A DNA stretch of 64,000 nt from Bugula neritina (GCA_964035545.1 OZ037768.1:8774741-8838740); one strand, 5' to 3'; numbered from the stretch's first letter, positions 1 to 16,486 are shown. Made by a program: numbers and translations. The notes: generated by a model not told the origin, from the sequence alone.

Positions 1-3000
1 GTCACCTTCTTCATCTGCCACTGCCTCAGCTAAAATATGAAACCAGTCCCATTGACAGTAACAATTTAGCATTGGATGACAAGCTTTACTAATAAGCACT
101 AGTATTAATAAAGATGCATTTTTATAATTTTATTAACCTGGCTCAGCATGAGCATCACAAGCTCTAATCATCTGATACAAGTAAGTTTAGTTGAAAGGCC
201 TTTACATACACTTATTATTAGCCATCTCTAATGAGATAATTTCAACTAAGTTTTTATAACATTATAGTAAAGCTGTTACCCGTGTATATCATATATTTTT
301 CAGGGGATCAAAAATGTTAACAAAATAATGTCAGAATGAACCCCTATGGCACAGAACGAGGTGTCACTGCATACAATTATATCTACGATATGAGCTCACA
401 AAAATATGACAGTTGTTCTATGGAGCTTAAGGTACTAAAGTAAACAATGGAGACTTTAGTTAAAGGCTGCTATTATAATAGGATTCACGAAAATAAATAT
501 CAAACTAAATAGACTTGAAATAACATTCGAGATTGCTAGGCTGCGTACAATATCTCAATTAGACAAATGCTTTTATATCTAGTTTCACAACTAACCTAGC
601 TAGGATTTTTATTTATTATTTTGTTTATTACTGCTTATAGCCAACAAAACTAGCTAACATGTAAATGGTTTTGACTTAACAAGTTGACATTACTAGATAA
701 AACTAAATTTATGATAATTTTCCTATATATTTATGCTTTCATTAATTTTGGGAAATGCAACATCATGCACACTGGAGTAAAGAATTTGTTATTTAACACC
801 ATAGGGAATAAGCCGAACAGCTAAAGATAGATACGCTTGTACATAATATTCTCATCAGGATATTATACACACTGCAGCAACTTATTGACTTTAAAATAAC
901 TTTAAATTTGCTATTATATTAAATATTGACACTGGTACAGTTGATTACAAATATTGATATTTATAACTAGATCACAATAGAGAGACCAAATTTTGTGTAC
1001 CAACAGTAAGCTATGTCTCCAAATCTAGCTCGATCAATTGTAAGTTTATTCGTTAGCAAACAAAGAGGTTGAGGTCAAATTCACGGGTCGTGTTGGATAT
1101 AATAATATGTTAATATTATTTTATGAAACTGATAGTACAGTAATTTCATTTATAGACGTTATTAATTTGTTGGGTAAATATTTGATCATGTGTATAACAA
1201 GCAGAAATAACATTGGAGAATAACAGAATTTTAAATCAAAATTGCAAAACTAAATAATGGAATCATATATTCATATCCGTTGTATAAGTTAACCATGTTG
1301 ACATTAGGCTAAGCATTAATACATATTTTCTACAAGAGATTGGTTATTGTTATGTAACTAATGGCACACATATGCCAATAAATGCACATTTAGTCAGCCC
1401 ACTTGAAGGCTTACAAAACCTATATCTATTAATGGCAGCACCGATAGCAGAATATGAGGATTGCATAGGAAACCAGAATGCTTAGACTTCTTTTTATTAT
1501 TTTTTCTTTACTAATTAGTATTTTCATGCGACAGTAATGTACCATAAACTTAACATTTCTATCCATATTATTATTTCCGCAGCAAAAAGAGCTTAATAAA
1601 AAGACTCTTTTTAAATTTAGAAATAATTCTTTTATTCTGTATTCACATTCTACAAAATATCCAGGACTGTATTGCCTTGTGCAAATAATTTTACTGTGAA
1701 GGTTATTTAGTATTATTTATTACAATTTGAGTGTCAGCTTTTGAGATAGCAGCTAATTCTCTATCAGCTAATCATATTTCATGATCAGCATAATGAAAAT
1801 TTATATTCAACTAATTTGATTATCATTCATACACAGCAGTCTAATATGGATTATAATATTAAATTTTATATTACTATATTATTGCAATCATATAAGGGAT
1901 GGAAGACATCGCATGTCTACAAATTGCAAGAAATTAGTTTCACTAATTGAAGTTTGGCATGAATCAGGCTACTTTGAGAAAGCATAACGGTACAGTCCAT
2001 CTTCAACTGAATATCCTATTCTGTTAGTCAACCATAATGATTCTGATGACATAAACTGCAGCCTTCAAAGCTTGCAGCATTTCAGTTACTAAAAGTAAGC
2101 AAAGTAAAACTGGGATTTTATAGAGATTTTCAATCTCTAATAAATTTTCTAGCTGTTAAAAACATCAACTAAGAAAATTTACACACTATGCTAAAAACTA
2201 TTAATATGCTCTTGATTTAAAACTTTTCTAACTTATGCTATCAATGGTTTGCTTATTTTCCTTTTAATAAACTTCACAAAAGTATTATCTACTACCATAC
2301 AGCATTCTAAATAAGAGACTAAATTGCTAGTTCTGTGTCAAAATATTATGTTCACTTACAATATACCTAAGTTGGTTATTTATCAACCACAGCAACTGTT
2401 GATATTTACCATTTACTTGAGGATAATGATTGATTGATGATACGATAACATACTTGAAAGGAGTTGACTCAAAGTGTAACTTCCTTTTAGTAGTATTATG
2501 GCAAACTATGATAGTAATGCACATTCACCATAATTCTGATGTTAAAATATCAGATATTATTTTTGAATCAATATAAGTGCTGCAAGCTGTGAGTTTTATG
2601 TTCAAGTGTAAAATTAAGAGTTTCCTACAACAAATTTTGTTTGGTAAATAATTCTAAGCCCAAACCCATAAAATATAAATCCTTGAATTTTATTGCCAAT
2701 AATTGAAATTGGGTTTTCATGAAAATGCTTTGATTCTGGTGGTATAATTTAATTTAATTTAATTTGTTCAGATCTTATTATTTCTAAAACAGACTTGAAA
2801 AATATATTCCATAAGGCTTGTTAGAAAAATTTCTTCAGCATTGAGATCATGCTAGAGCAAAAAAATTAGTCTCGGGCAATAAAATTAAATGATGCCCAAG
2901 ACTAAGAATTAGTGAGCTAGCAGCCATTTCTGCTTATAATATAAATAAATGTTTAGTTCACTTAGTTTATATTCTGCAAAGCTTTAATTATTGGTTTTCT

Positions 3001-3175
3001 TACCTTTAGCAGCATTGAAGCTCTCGATATTGTTGTCATCAGGTTCTTTTGCTGACTTGCTTGGTGTCCCGTTAATAACCCCAATTGATTCATTAGGTAG
3101 CAGCTGACTTTCCATGTCGTCTTCTAAATGCTGGGGTCTATCTTGTTTTCTTCTGGGCATTTCTAGCTGAATCAT
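1..3175 (-). CDS. 5' exons of an unidentified spliced gene, truncated at the window's left edge (candidate exons 3004-3175, 138-171, 1-29; intervening exon(s) not found)
   Basis: ATG at 3175 has an in-frame stop upstream and reads MIQLEMPRRKQ...NAAK up to a GTAAG donor. Exon 138-171 (MIRACDAHAEP, phase 1) splices in frame to 1-29 (AEAVADEEGD). Exon 3004-3175 does not join 138-171 directly in frame. No family recognised. Confidence 0.4.
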
Positions 3176-6100
3176 TTGATAAAGTGATGTTGGCTGACTA
3201 CTAACTTATATTTTCTGTAGCTTGTTATATGTGTCTGCTGCTCATAGGACTGATCAGGACACATTGAAAGACTAGACTAAACTATAGCAGAGCTATCAAT
3301 AGAGTGAATCATCTTTCAACAAAATGAAAAGGTAACCCCAATTATAAATACATGAATGATGATATAGAATCTGCAGCCTTATTACTCTCCATCCATAAGC
3401 GATTATAACGAGGCACCCATTCTAATTCACATTATGATATGCAATGTAATGCACTCAAGTTATTAGGCTAGGCTAAATGAAGTGACAGGACCAATCAGGT
3501 GAAGCTCAAGATAATGCAAATTCATTTTCTTATAAAGATACAATAAAGGAAGGATTAATGGAGACACTATAACAAGTCAATATGTGGATTACAGTAATGA
3601 GAGTTGATATGCATGCATATTGAAGATGTGACAGGATCGGCAAATTAGCCTGGGAGACGACTATGAGCTATTTCACAAAAAATTGGTTCTGGAATCCAAT
3701 TCCCAGGCTATGAATTTTTTGTGAGCTTATACTAAATTATACTTTGAAGTATCATTTCACTATGAATATTTAGTGGTTGAAAATTTTAGTTTATGCAACT
3801 TTTTAAAAAAAATATTTAAATTTCACACAGCTGTCGTATTTGATTTGAATTGTAATCAAAATATTTGTGATTCAAAAGGGTAAACATAGTTGACAAATCT
3901 CTTATGGAGAAATTACTATCATATAAATACATTGACACTCTTAAGAAACCATACAAATATAATTGTAAGTTATCAGAGATGGAAAATTAGAACCTGTTAT
4001 CATAGAAAACTTTAATTTATGGTTATAAATGGTTGGTTGACATTATAATTACAGCCTTTGGTTTAAAATTCATAATCATAACAAAGACAATATTTTGGTA
4101 GTATTAGTTTTGTGTACTGCAAACATATCAGAAAAGGCTCTACTCCAAAATTCAGGTACTGCAATGCACTTATCAACACACCCAAAACAATTGGCTCTAT
4201 TAAAAGCTATAATTTAAAAGACACAACAAAATTCTACACAAAAACCCGACCATTTCTTGTTGAGTATTTGTTTGAACAGTTGTTGATAAATTTTTTTTAA
4301 TATATGCACCTTTCATGAATATTCAAATGTATTTTAGTTTCAATTAATGCTGTTAGTTAAAACTGATTACAAAACTACTAAATCTGAATGTTATGCTACT
4401 CAGTTTTACCTTCACAAATATGGGACAGCAAACGTTCTTTCAAGCGTGTCCAAAACCTGTCTAATGATTCATAACATTTAAAACAACAGGAATAAACAAT
4501 GTTGGCAACCGAGTTTCTACGACAGGAAGAAAAATAATGTGCCACTATACTAGGTTTCTTATATCAACTGCTAAATTTATTTCTAAATATTTTAATTACT
4601 AGTATCTAAGATAGCCAATAAAGTATATAGCTGCCGGCTAAAGTACGTTTTACACCAGAAAACTAGTTTATAGTAGAGCAGTTCATTTTAAAACACCAGG
4701 TGTAGTTACTATGTTGCAGGTATACTATCAAAGCTATATACTGTATAGTGTATACCCTCAGTGCCTACCTAAGTGTCTGCCTATTCATTATGTACTCATC
4801 GTATTATATGTTTATTTGTCTCAACTAGCTGTATACATTCCTGCATTACCTATGACATTCTGCCTAATATACATATTTTATCTTACCTTCTCGTAGAGTT
4901 TAACCTGAGCTGATTTTAATCACCAAATAAACTCAAATAAAGGAAATGTACTTGATGTCCTGTACTTATGAAGAACTAATAGAATTTTAAATTTTTTTGC
5001 AGCAACTTTGCTTTTCATAATTGCATTATATTATTTTGAAAACTTAGATTATAGCTGACAGGCTATTTACAAAACAAAAAGTTAGTAGTTTTTGAAAAAA
5101 TCATATAGCTGCAAAAATAATTATTATAAAGCCATTTTTGCAAGTACAAAGAAGCACAACAGCATGTAGGGCTGAAGCCAGATGGAGGTCGGTGCAGTAA
5201 TGAAGAAAATGAGAAAAACCTGTGTTCTAGATTAGAGACTTATCAAAATATGTTATGTTCTCTCCAGAATTTCAACCCACGCCCAAAACCAAAACCTAAT
5301 AAGATATTTAAAGAACTTAAGCCATTTCAATTTCTCCACTACTGCTCTTAAACGGCCTGGAGGTGCTCTTCAAAACTACTAACTTAGCAACTCGTTAGTA
5401 AGCTGCTGCACTGTTAGCTCTATCTGACACCCATAGTTGATATGGTGTAGGAAAATGACAGTAAGTGGCTATGAATGAAAAATGAATATTCAAAAAAAAT
5501 TAATGCAGCAGATATAAAAGGTTACATTGACCACAGTCACAGGTGTTGTTTTGGATTCCCACATACAATTGCTCTCTGTTATTATCAAAGCCACAAATTT
5601 TGACAATAAATTTCAACTGTGTCTTGCTTTAGCATGATTAGATGATAACTATATGATGAGTTTCCTGAAGTGAAAATACATATTTGTGTTAGGGTTAATT
5701 GATGACCAGGTGGAATTGGTCACAGATAACTTTCACTAAACCAAAATGTGGTGATTTCGATATCAATATGTGTTCTTTAAAGTGATTATTGGTATTTGTA
5801 TTAATTGTATAGCTCTTACATGGCTAAATACCTAAATATATTGGCTCTTTAATTATAACTGGAGTGTATAAGTTGATGACACCAGTATCCGATTATCTTA
5901 AACTGTCTTATTTATTTTTCTTGGTGTTTATATAGTAACCTTATATAAATTGACTGAGGCAGGCTTTATGGTGAAAATATCAGGGCGAATGAAAAACTTG
6001 ATTCCAGGTGCGATTATTGATCATAACAACAATTTTCTTGCTGAAAGCTACAAGCAGTTTTAAAAGTAATGCTTATTAGCTTACTTTCGAAGTATCTAGA

Positions 6101-9100
6101 ATACAGCAAATATTAATAAATAAAAACATATGTTATATATATTATAGTCATAAAAACTGCTCTTAGATTTGGCAGGGAAGTTGTTTTATCTGTAAGCCAA
6201 CAAGATTGTGTAAGACCGACACAAATAGTTATATTCTACTAAAGTTGAACTTTCAACACATTCAAAGTGCTAGGGGGAAGGCACAAACAGCATAGCATGA
6301 CGTAAACCAATAGCTTGTACATTATTAGAGAGCATTGGATATAAAATTAATAGAGTACAAAGAAGTATATCAAAATTTGAACAAAACAAGCCGAACCATG
6401 CAGTGTTAGAATAAGTTTGCTTTATTGAAGGGAGGCCACAATAGTCTTGATGATTGTGCAACGCCCACATTCTAAAAGTCAAGCAGGACTTTCAGTAAAA
6501 TGTATCCCTGGATTAATTTCTTTTACTTTGTGTTGGTTATGAAGTTACAGATTGGGGCTGAGAGACCTGGGTAGTAGGAGCATACTGCTTTCACTGCCTA
6601 TCAAAATTAGTAAAAATACCCTGTAAGATAACGTGAACACACGCCACTATGAGGAAAGTGCAGAATAATGATGTTCTCATTAGTTCTATTAATTTGTGTA
6701 AAGGAAATTGCGCATTCAACATCATCATATTTTCAAAGCTATATGAAATTTGTTGAATAAACATTATTTGCTTGCGTATGTTTGCTCAACTGAAATATAA
6801 AATGTTTCAATTGTTCCGATGTTTGGAAACAAGGTAGACTACAATATAACATGTCATAGTTTAGAACTGATTTTATTTTATCAATATAATATTGAGGTGG
6901 GTAATAGAGAAATTTAGTATAGTTTTAAAGAACATAGCCACTCACTGTAATTGTGTAGACATTTACTTGTAGCCCTAGTGCTGAAAAATGTTATACACAC
7001 ACACCTTTATGATTGATGCATTGGCCTAATTATTTCAAAGTTCTCTACGCACTGGTTTTTAACAACTATTATTATCATATCGTATTGGAAGTATTTATAG
7101 TTACCTTGTTACCTAATAGAATATGAAAAAGAAGATAGCATTATACTCCCTAAATGTACAATATGATGATTACAATATAAGAAAATGCTCAGTACGAGTC
7201 CATTAGTAACCATATTTAAACTTCCCGATTGTGTAATAACATCTCTAAGACGCATTAACCAATGTAGCTCTGTTCAGCAAACTATAGATTTATGTTACAA
7301 AGTGGTGCCACTGACAGCGTATATTTATAAACGCTTCATTTTCAGCTGAAACATTAATGATTCTAAATCTACATTACCCTAATTATTTATAAAATGTATT
7401 GATAGGCAACTTAAGAAATTAGTAATATTATATCACTAGTTAATTATTAATTATAGAAGCTAATTCTAAAATAATATACAGTAATGAGTTACTTAGAATA
7501 TGTTTTTGTAAGTAGCAGATTCAATAACACTTGACAGCTCCAGTTTTAATTTGTAACGAAAAATCTATGCAAAAGTCATTTAGTTTTTCAATAGGTTCTT
7601 TATAAGCCTTGCAGCAACATATAAATATATGCTATGGGAAAGCATCTGCTTTTTAGCACAATATAAGCCATTTGCTACAATGGAGCATGGATCAAATTTC
7701 AATCCAAGTGCAGTTGTATTAGAATTTGATTTAATATTCCAGCTGATTATTGTACACTTATTAGGTGATTATTCAATGTTTCTTGGGATCCTTTCAACTT
7801 CAGTGCATTCCTTTATAATACCAAACAAAGCAAGGTGCGAAAATTTACTTTCGTGGAATGAATATGTGTGAAAATGTGCATATGATTAAAGATATTATAT
7901 TCATGCAGCTTGACAAGGCATGATCAGATAAAAAAACTAAAAACTAAAAATATACACTGTGACGCAATTATGCAAAACATTCCTACATCATAATTTATCA
8001 AATTCAATTATAAATAAAAGTTTGAGTTTGGGCTTCACCAAATCTGGCACCTGACCTAGATTGGTGTTGTGTAAGACATTTGCATTTCTTCAATGTTCTT
8101 GGCAGATTTTTGGCTACTGTAAATTTTAAACATATATTGGACACCCCTGCTAATTTGCTATTAGGTCCTAGTATGAACTGCAATGACTTTAAGGCTAGAA
8201 ATTAAGAGAAGCTTGAGCCAGCATCAAGTGGTTCAGATGACTTGAGAGTAGGAAAACCAGGTCTCGTCTCTGAGAAATTTGGTGTTCAAGCTAATGACTG
8301 TAAATTAATGATGAAGTTAATTTTTCTAAGTAAAATAATATATTAATATAGTGACATCAATGCAATGTAGCGCCGAGAGTTGTCTTTTCATGAGGCTGAC
8401 TCAATCGTAACAAGCTGGCAGCAGTTGTTTCATTTTACATTTAATTAAATCAGTTTTTGTAGTATAACCGATTTTAGTTTAGAATGTCTAAATTATTATT
8501 AATTTTCTAATATTTCTATGATTCTTCTTTAGTCGCCAATTTTGAGGCAGATGATGAGCATACATGTGAGACCCGCAGATTATTTAATCTCTAATGGGTT
8601 GTGTCATGTTTGCTGTTGCTACATAACATTCATTTATTCTAACACCATGCCTACCTTTACTTCTTCTACCCTCAACTTTTGTAGGTTTTGCTTTCGATGA
8701 AAGCGCTTCATAAACTGCAGCTGCTATTTCACTGTTCATGTTGGACTTCTATATGATATTAGCATAACTACGGTCCCAGTTGTTTTTACTTTCTGTGGAA
8801 TATTCATATAAAGAATTTAATTTTACAGCACGAAGTCTTCCCTACCTTCACTACTATGCAAGGTTGTTGACTTTTAGATTTATAAGTCATATTTAAATTG
8901 AGATGCTTCCGTTCCTTATAATAATTTATTGAACTGATCTGAGCAAATCCAATTTGCTTTTTCACTATAATGGTTGAGCATTTTTATCAATTACAATTCT
9001 ATAATGAAGGCTTTCTAAACTACTTGATTGTCATTGTACTTTTTTAGTCTATTAACAGTTCACTTATTTTGTTAGACAAGTGCCATATGCTTTGTTTTAA

Positions 9101-12100
9101 TTAGAGCTGTTCTAATGATTCACATTGTTTTAAAATGTTGCCTGTGGAACTGTAAAGCAGAAGATTAAAGAAAAGAGTGAGTAAGAATAAGATAACCACT
9201 GGCTCACAAACCAGAGAGCACCTTGAAGATGGTAGATGTAATAAGAATTCGACCAGGTAGGCATTTGAGCGTGCTGGTACATATCATTACTGAACTACTG
9301 ATGCAAACTACATGTACAGGTGAAATCTATCTTGTTTATCATTATTGAATATGACAGGGATTATTGAATGTAATTACCATAATGAACTACCAAATATATT
9401 ATGTTGAAAAGCAAAGTCTTTGGTTTCCTTTGGTATGTATTTTTTATAAATAGTAGGGAAGATTTGGTTGGTGATTGGTAAGAATTGGTTGTTTTAAGGT
9501 GTAAAACACTTACCAAACATCATTGGAGAAATATTCATTCGGCTATGACATGCATATAATATTTGCAATATTCATATAATATGCATTAATAGGTGTGAAT
9601 AACATTTGGTTCTCACAAAAGAACAATTGTGTCATTCTACCTTTTGCATTAGAAGACATTTCTATTTTTAAAACTATTGATAAAAATGCATTAAGGGTCT
9701 CATGATGTTGTTTACTTTTAATAATTGTTATGCAGGAATTTACACGTACTTGAATGTAACACTCTACCTTGACTGTTTATTCTACGGTATTACATTTTCA
9801 GTTGCATGTTGTAGGCAAGGATTAAAAAGGAATTGCCTGGCTTTGTTCATCATGTTAGTTGTTAATAGTTACACTGAATCAGACAAAATAACTGTTGTCT
9901 TATTTTGAAAGGCTTGAAAAATATTTGTTCAAAAAATTTGCTGAAATGAATAAAAATAACAACATTTTGCCGCAAGTCTAAAACATGATACAGTGAAAGA
10001 TAGCATAATTTTATGATGGATGAAAGATGTTATGAAATTTTTGATTTTTCAATGAATTAACTTGAGACCACAAAGCTGAGCAATGCTAGTAAGAGTCACA
10101 CCACATCAAACAGCGCTCAGGATGCTTATTCGGTGTGGGATATGACAAAATTAACAATTATCTTAAACTTATAGCTGGTTGTGGTATGTTAATTTTATGC
10201 CCTTACTTTGTGTCATTGTAAGCAAAGTCATTTTGTGCTAGAACTACCTACCATCTACAGTGTAACATTAGCATAGACCATGAAGGAAAAGTCAACTTAC
10301 TACTACCTACCTATTTGCATCTTACCATAACATTTTCATATAGCAACAGCTCATAAATAACAGAGTTTTCTCTTATACCAGCAGGTGAAAGGGAAGGCAC
10401 TTTTCTTGATTTCTCATGCAAATTAGTTAAATCTATTAGATAGCTTCTTTAGATAAGAAAAGAACATATTCTACAGACTATCAACTTCATAACAGCTTCT
10501 TCAGTGTGTTGTTTGATCTACTATTTGGATATTAGCAAGCGAAAGTGTACTCTTTAATAACATAGTGTATTCTTATGGAATAGATAATTATTTCTTAGGA
10601 TCTCATCAAAGTTTATAGTTCACATTTATAATATAAATCAGCAACAAAAGACACAACATAGTATTGATAACATTATGAAAATAACAGACTTTTTTAAAGA
10701 TTTGTGTAATATATGCTTGTAGAGTATAAAACTAACAACGTGAGGCACATGTGACCTTCCAGAAAAGGTTGTTTGATAAAATTTACATTGCGTGTGTGGG
10801 TTGACTGTATTGTTAACATTGAGAATAGGATGCATATAACCATTTAATCAAAAGATGGCCATGTTATCATTATTTGATATGCTTTTTGTTCGACTGCCTC
10901 ATCCAATTTTCCTAATAAACCACACAAAATGGTAATAGGCATTAGCTTTTATAATATACCATTTGATATGCTATATTTCTTCAACCAAACTATTAATAGA
11001 ATAAGGGTCACGGTCTAATTATTTATAGCACAACTATGGCAAGAATGCTAATATTCAAAGAGCTCACAGTTATAATTAAACAGTGAAGACCATTTTTCTT
11101 CTTAACTGGGTACTAAAGCCATTAAAGTTAGCAAATAAGCTGCAGAGACCTGAATTACTGTGCCTTGAACATTGTAGCTGACAAAATGAGCGCAGCGGCA
11201 TTCAAACAACAATGCCAATAAATTACAAAGTGGAAATATATTCGTAGATTTTGGCAAAATACATGTTATGACATAACGTGAGAGGCGTCCAATTTCATAA
11301 TGAGTCACAAGAAAATTAGGAAGGCATATTCGGGCTGAGCGAGATTACATATTTTAAACCATTCAAACTAAAATGATTTAATGCTTACATTTCCAAGGAC
11401 CTCCACCTGCATCCTGGTAACAAAAATAATGTTATTACCAGCATCTATCATACCTATTAATTAAGGTTTCATTGCTAAGTGTCATTGCACTATTGTATTG
11501 TATAGCTTAAGGCTTCTGGTTTAATTTTAACACCAGTTCGAATCTCAGTTTTATACAAATATATCTCAAGGCACAATATATATATATACTGCTGTAGAAC
11601 TTGCAGTAGTATCTTAGACAGCTATTAGAAAATTGTTTGTTGAAATACAAGATGGCTGCTCATATTAGACAGTGTTTCTTATAAATTCAGTTAAAACTTG
11701 TATTGAAATTAAATTACATCAGTTCTCATGCATATATACATATTGATAGAAATAATTTAAGAAAGTGTATTATTGTTTAGATTGCATTACACTACCATAG
11801 AGAGCATAACTTGTTTGTAGATCATAGCGTTTGGTGTCATTTTAATAGGACGTGAGGAAAAGACATTGAAGTGTCATTTGTGAAGCTGGTCACTTCTAAA
11901 GCCCTAGATATTTTACTCCTTCTGAATGCCTACCAAATATATTTTCATAAACTTACGTAAGAGGCATCAATCTTTAATGACATCTCATCTCTTATAATTT
12001 TTTGTTTTATGAGATCACATTAGTTTTTTTATTGAAGAATAAAAATTTGTGCCAAAGTTCCAAGTGTTTTCCTCCACTTGATAATCTGAAATTACACCCA

Positions 12101-12302
12101 ACCTACTCAAAAAATAGTAATGGATTAGTTAGAGTTTGCAGCAATAAAATCCTAAACAAGATATGAGTAAATTAGAAAATGACGTTGAGGCAAAAATTAC
12201 TTCCTTGAAGTTTGTTTCTGTTTTCAATGAAAGGCAGTGCACCCACGGAATATTTTTCAAAATTTTCGAACTTGTAGTCATAACTAAAAACAACAAATGT
12301 AG

Positions 12303-12475
12303 TGTGAGCTTGTGCGTGTGTGTGTGCGTGTGTGTGTGCGTGTGTGTGTGCGTGTGTGTGTGCGTGTGTGCGCGCGTGTGTGTGTGTGAGTGTGTGTGCG
12401 TGCGTGTGTGTGCATGTGTGTGTGTGTGCATGTACGTGTGTGTGTGTGCGTGTGTGCGTGTGTGTGTGTGTGTGT
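12303..12475. repeat. (GT)n/(GTGC) imperfect microsatellite
   Basis: Visible dinucleotide run. It explains the spurious CVCV/HTHT ORFs. Confidence 0.97.
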
Positions 12476-14112
12476 TTAGTATTATTGATTTCTATATCAA
12501 GTTACAATTTGAATAGCTCAGTGATTTAAACTCAGCGCAAGAAACCCATTTTGCATGTGCACCTCAAACTTAAAATGTAAATAAATTTGCATCTAATGAG
12601 TTATGATTAATATGTAAAGTGTGTGGACAACAAAGAAAAACATATTTGCAATACCTGTATATCATTTCTCTTATAGTTTAATTGCGTTGTTCCTATATTC
12701 CGAATTACATATTTTCAATTGGCCTGTTTATATGTGCTGCATGATCAGTTCATTGCTGCTCTCTAATATAAAATTACTAATGAGCATTCAGTATTATTCA
12801 GTATGCCTGGTTCAGGGTATGTAGATGGTTGAAGCATAAATAAATAACCAAGAAAAAATTAAAAGTGACAATTTTGCAGACTACATAATACTACCCCATT
12901 GAGCCTTAGTTTTGTATATTGTTGTGCTGTTCGCCCATGTAACAGTTTCACACACTTTGATAAAACTTTGGTTCTTACTGCAATGTAGTGCAGCAGTGCA
13001 AGTAGCAAATTTAATATTGGAATTTACTCAAAACCAATAAGATATTATTATCTTATTATATCTATATAAAAATAACTAAACTTATATACAAATGTATAAA
13101 ATTTAAAACTTTGCCAGAAAATTATTTTATGCAGTAATTTAAACATCAAACAAAACTTATATACTAGCCCTTTGGTATTTCAGCAACAAGTGTTTATTTT
13201 GTAACACATCAAATAAGTTAAAAAATATTATATTGCTTCAATGTTTGTTAGTTGCCAATCTATAATCTTTGAGAGAAAAACTTCAGTAAAACCTCCTTTA
13301 TAAATGGATCCTAGACAAGATTTCAATATAAATGCAGAGTTAAATTTATATTCCATAGAGCTGTCACAAGATTCTTAATGTAATAACATCACAGTATATC
13401 AATGTTCAATTTTCACAAAATATATTCAATTAAACTGTTTGAAAAACCTATGCAAAGAATAATTAAAATATCTGTTACCACAGAATTTCAACAATGTTAA
13501 AAAGTGCAGCCAGCAGACTGACATCTGGTAAGAATCTAATCACCACAGATTTACTTTTTTCAGAAAAATTATGTTAAAAAGCATATCAAATATTTTTTCA
13601 CACATAACTATTGTAGAGGACACTAGCATGAATAATTATTTAGCTTCAGACTGCCTGAGAATATAAATATGCAATCATAACCAATTTTGTGGAATAAATC
13701 AGTTGATGTTAATTTGCTGTTTGCTTGTGCTTAATTTCGAGTGTCAAATGCCTGCCATCCTTTTTTTAGCTTAGTGCTTGGGTTTCAAATCTGTCCTGTT
13801 GCTTTTGAATTTTGAGAATACATCTTGCAGTGAATTGTTGACAGCTATAATTACTTAAAAATATACTCCATTGAAGACTAAGTAAAATTTTATTTGCCAT
13901 GTGCGGCTCTTATAAGTCTACTATAGAGCTTGCAGCATTAGGTACTCTTTCCTTGCAAGAATATGATGGTTGCAAAATATTAGAAATGTCAAGCAAAATA
14001 TATGATTATACAATTTTCCTTAAGACTACTTTCGTTTGTGTTTGTTTGGCTCTTATTAGCTTCAATTGTGTACTTGTTTCTGGTTTACGGATTCTTGAAT
14101 AATTATTGATCA

Positions 14113-14345
<233 letters not shown>

Positions 14346-16486
14346 TAAGCTATATGTACCCAAGTATATCTGGTCTACTGTAGTAATTTGATATTTTTAC
14401 TAGAGGTAATGCACCATTTGATTGTTTGTATGTTTTAATGTCTATTTTAAGTTACTGCATACATTTTATTGCTGTTTATTTTTAGGAGTTAAAATTCATA
14501 CTGTTGATCGGCTCAGCAGTTTTATAATAGCCAACAGCATTACTATAAACACATCTGTATTACCTTCAGTTACAGCCATTAAACCTATTCACACAAGTTG
14601 CAGCTATTCTATTGTTGCTAGGAAAAAGTACTTACTGCTTTTAGTTTCACAGCAAACTAATAAACTGCCCTCGGAGAAACAAATTTTGCTTTAATAAAAT
14701 AAAAATGGAGATTTAAGGGCGTACGAGCAGATTATTAAAACTTTGTAGGTTACACTGAATCAGTAATAACAGTTCAGCAAATGGATTTCCTAATTCTAGA
14801 TGTGTGTTTTCTTATTTGATTTAAAAGTGAAAGACACACCTGGGACACAAATTGGGTTTGGGGTTAGACCTTGTGGCAAGTATATTTCAAGCAGAATAGG
14901 AGGGGCTAGTACATGAAAGTTAGATGAGTTACCCAACTTCCAATCTCTAACAAAGCATTGTGCTGTGGTATCATTTGCATTTAGCTGCAACGATTTCATT
15001 TAAGCTGTACTATATGTTATATATTATACTATATAAACACACATGATAATAGATATATTATGTTTTCTACTTCAACAGATGGCTTTGCCAAAAATAGTCT
15101 ATTTTTGGTTTATGTAACATTCTGGATGTTTATTAGAGCCAAGAGTTTGTCATCTAAAATTATGGAAGCCCTAAATAACATTGAAAGGCTTTTTGTAGCA
15201 TTGTTTAAATATGCACATTATAAACTTCAAACTTGAAGGGCAAAGTCACTAGAATAAACTTACAGATAGAATACGTGTTGCATGCCCTCTCAGCAGCTAT
15301 TTTTAGAAAAACATTGCAGCTTCCTATACTTTACTACCAAAACCAAACAGCTGCACTAAAAATTTGGATAATTTTAGAAATATGCTTATGCTTTGAGAAC
15401 TGGAAGGGTTGCAAACCTAATATCAGAAAAATTTTAACTTAAAGCATACAATTTTTTATTGGAGCTATGGTATAAAAGATATCATGGACTTAAAAGTCAA
15501 AAGCTGGCAATGATAAATAAATAGTAGTTAATTTTGATTATAGATTTTACGTCTGAAACTAGAATAAAATATCGCTGTTTTCTTTTCTGTCTTTTAGCAA
15601 ACAGCTTTATGAACAGTAGATAAAGAAGTTGAGAGTTTTCCCTACAACCTCTCATGTATCAATGATCAACTGTTAAGTTATTCCGACTCAGACTATTTGG
15701 TTGTGGCTCGCTTAACTTTTTTTTCAGTAATTCTGACAAGGAAAACCTGCAAAAGATTTTAATATCGATATTGCTTTTTATACTGGTTTTCATAATTTGA
15801 AAAAAGTTGGCATTGGCTACAATTACATCATCTAGAGAAGTAAATGATTCAAGCATGAGATTGTTTTTGTAAACAGATGGTAAGGTTGGTTATAAACTCT
15901 CAACCAATATGCCAAAAGGTTCAGCAGATAATCTTCAAATATATATTGGTTTCATCAGTTTTATTGCCTGTAAAATAAACAAATAAATACAATATATAAT
16001 AGTAGTATAATAAAATAATAAACAAATAACCTGTACACATTTTGTATATGTTATGTTTTATTGTTGATACAGACAGAAACTGTTTAAGTTAGATATACAT
16101 AATTATATAAAATGCAACAACTATTACTGCGAACCTGCATTGTAATGCACTTCATAACATACAGGAAACACTTTGAAATTAGCATAATATACAACGTTGC
16201 TAATGGTGATGAAAGACAGAACACAAAAGCATATAGAGTGTTTTACATGATAATAAAAACAATGAGCTAACCTATTTTGCTGATGTTGAGACAAATCAAT
16301 TGTAGTTATACCAGTCTAAACCTTGAATATCTTTTGACTGTGCGGCATTTTTCAAGTATATTGGTTTTGTCTTTAAACACACCTAAAAATATGAAGGTAA
16401 ATTGAACAGCTTATCTTATAGTTTTGTTTTGACAAGCTGCACTAAAGTGGTATAAATAAATGAAGAGCTCAACAAAATATATTGTA

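Noticed and set aside
8166-8300. Plus-strand exon-like segment
   Set aside because: In-frame stop and no partner exons identified.
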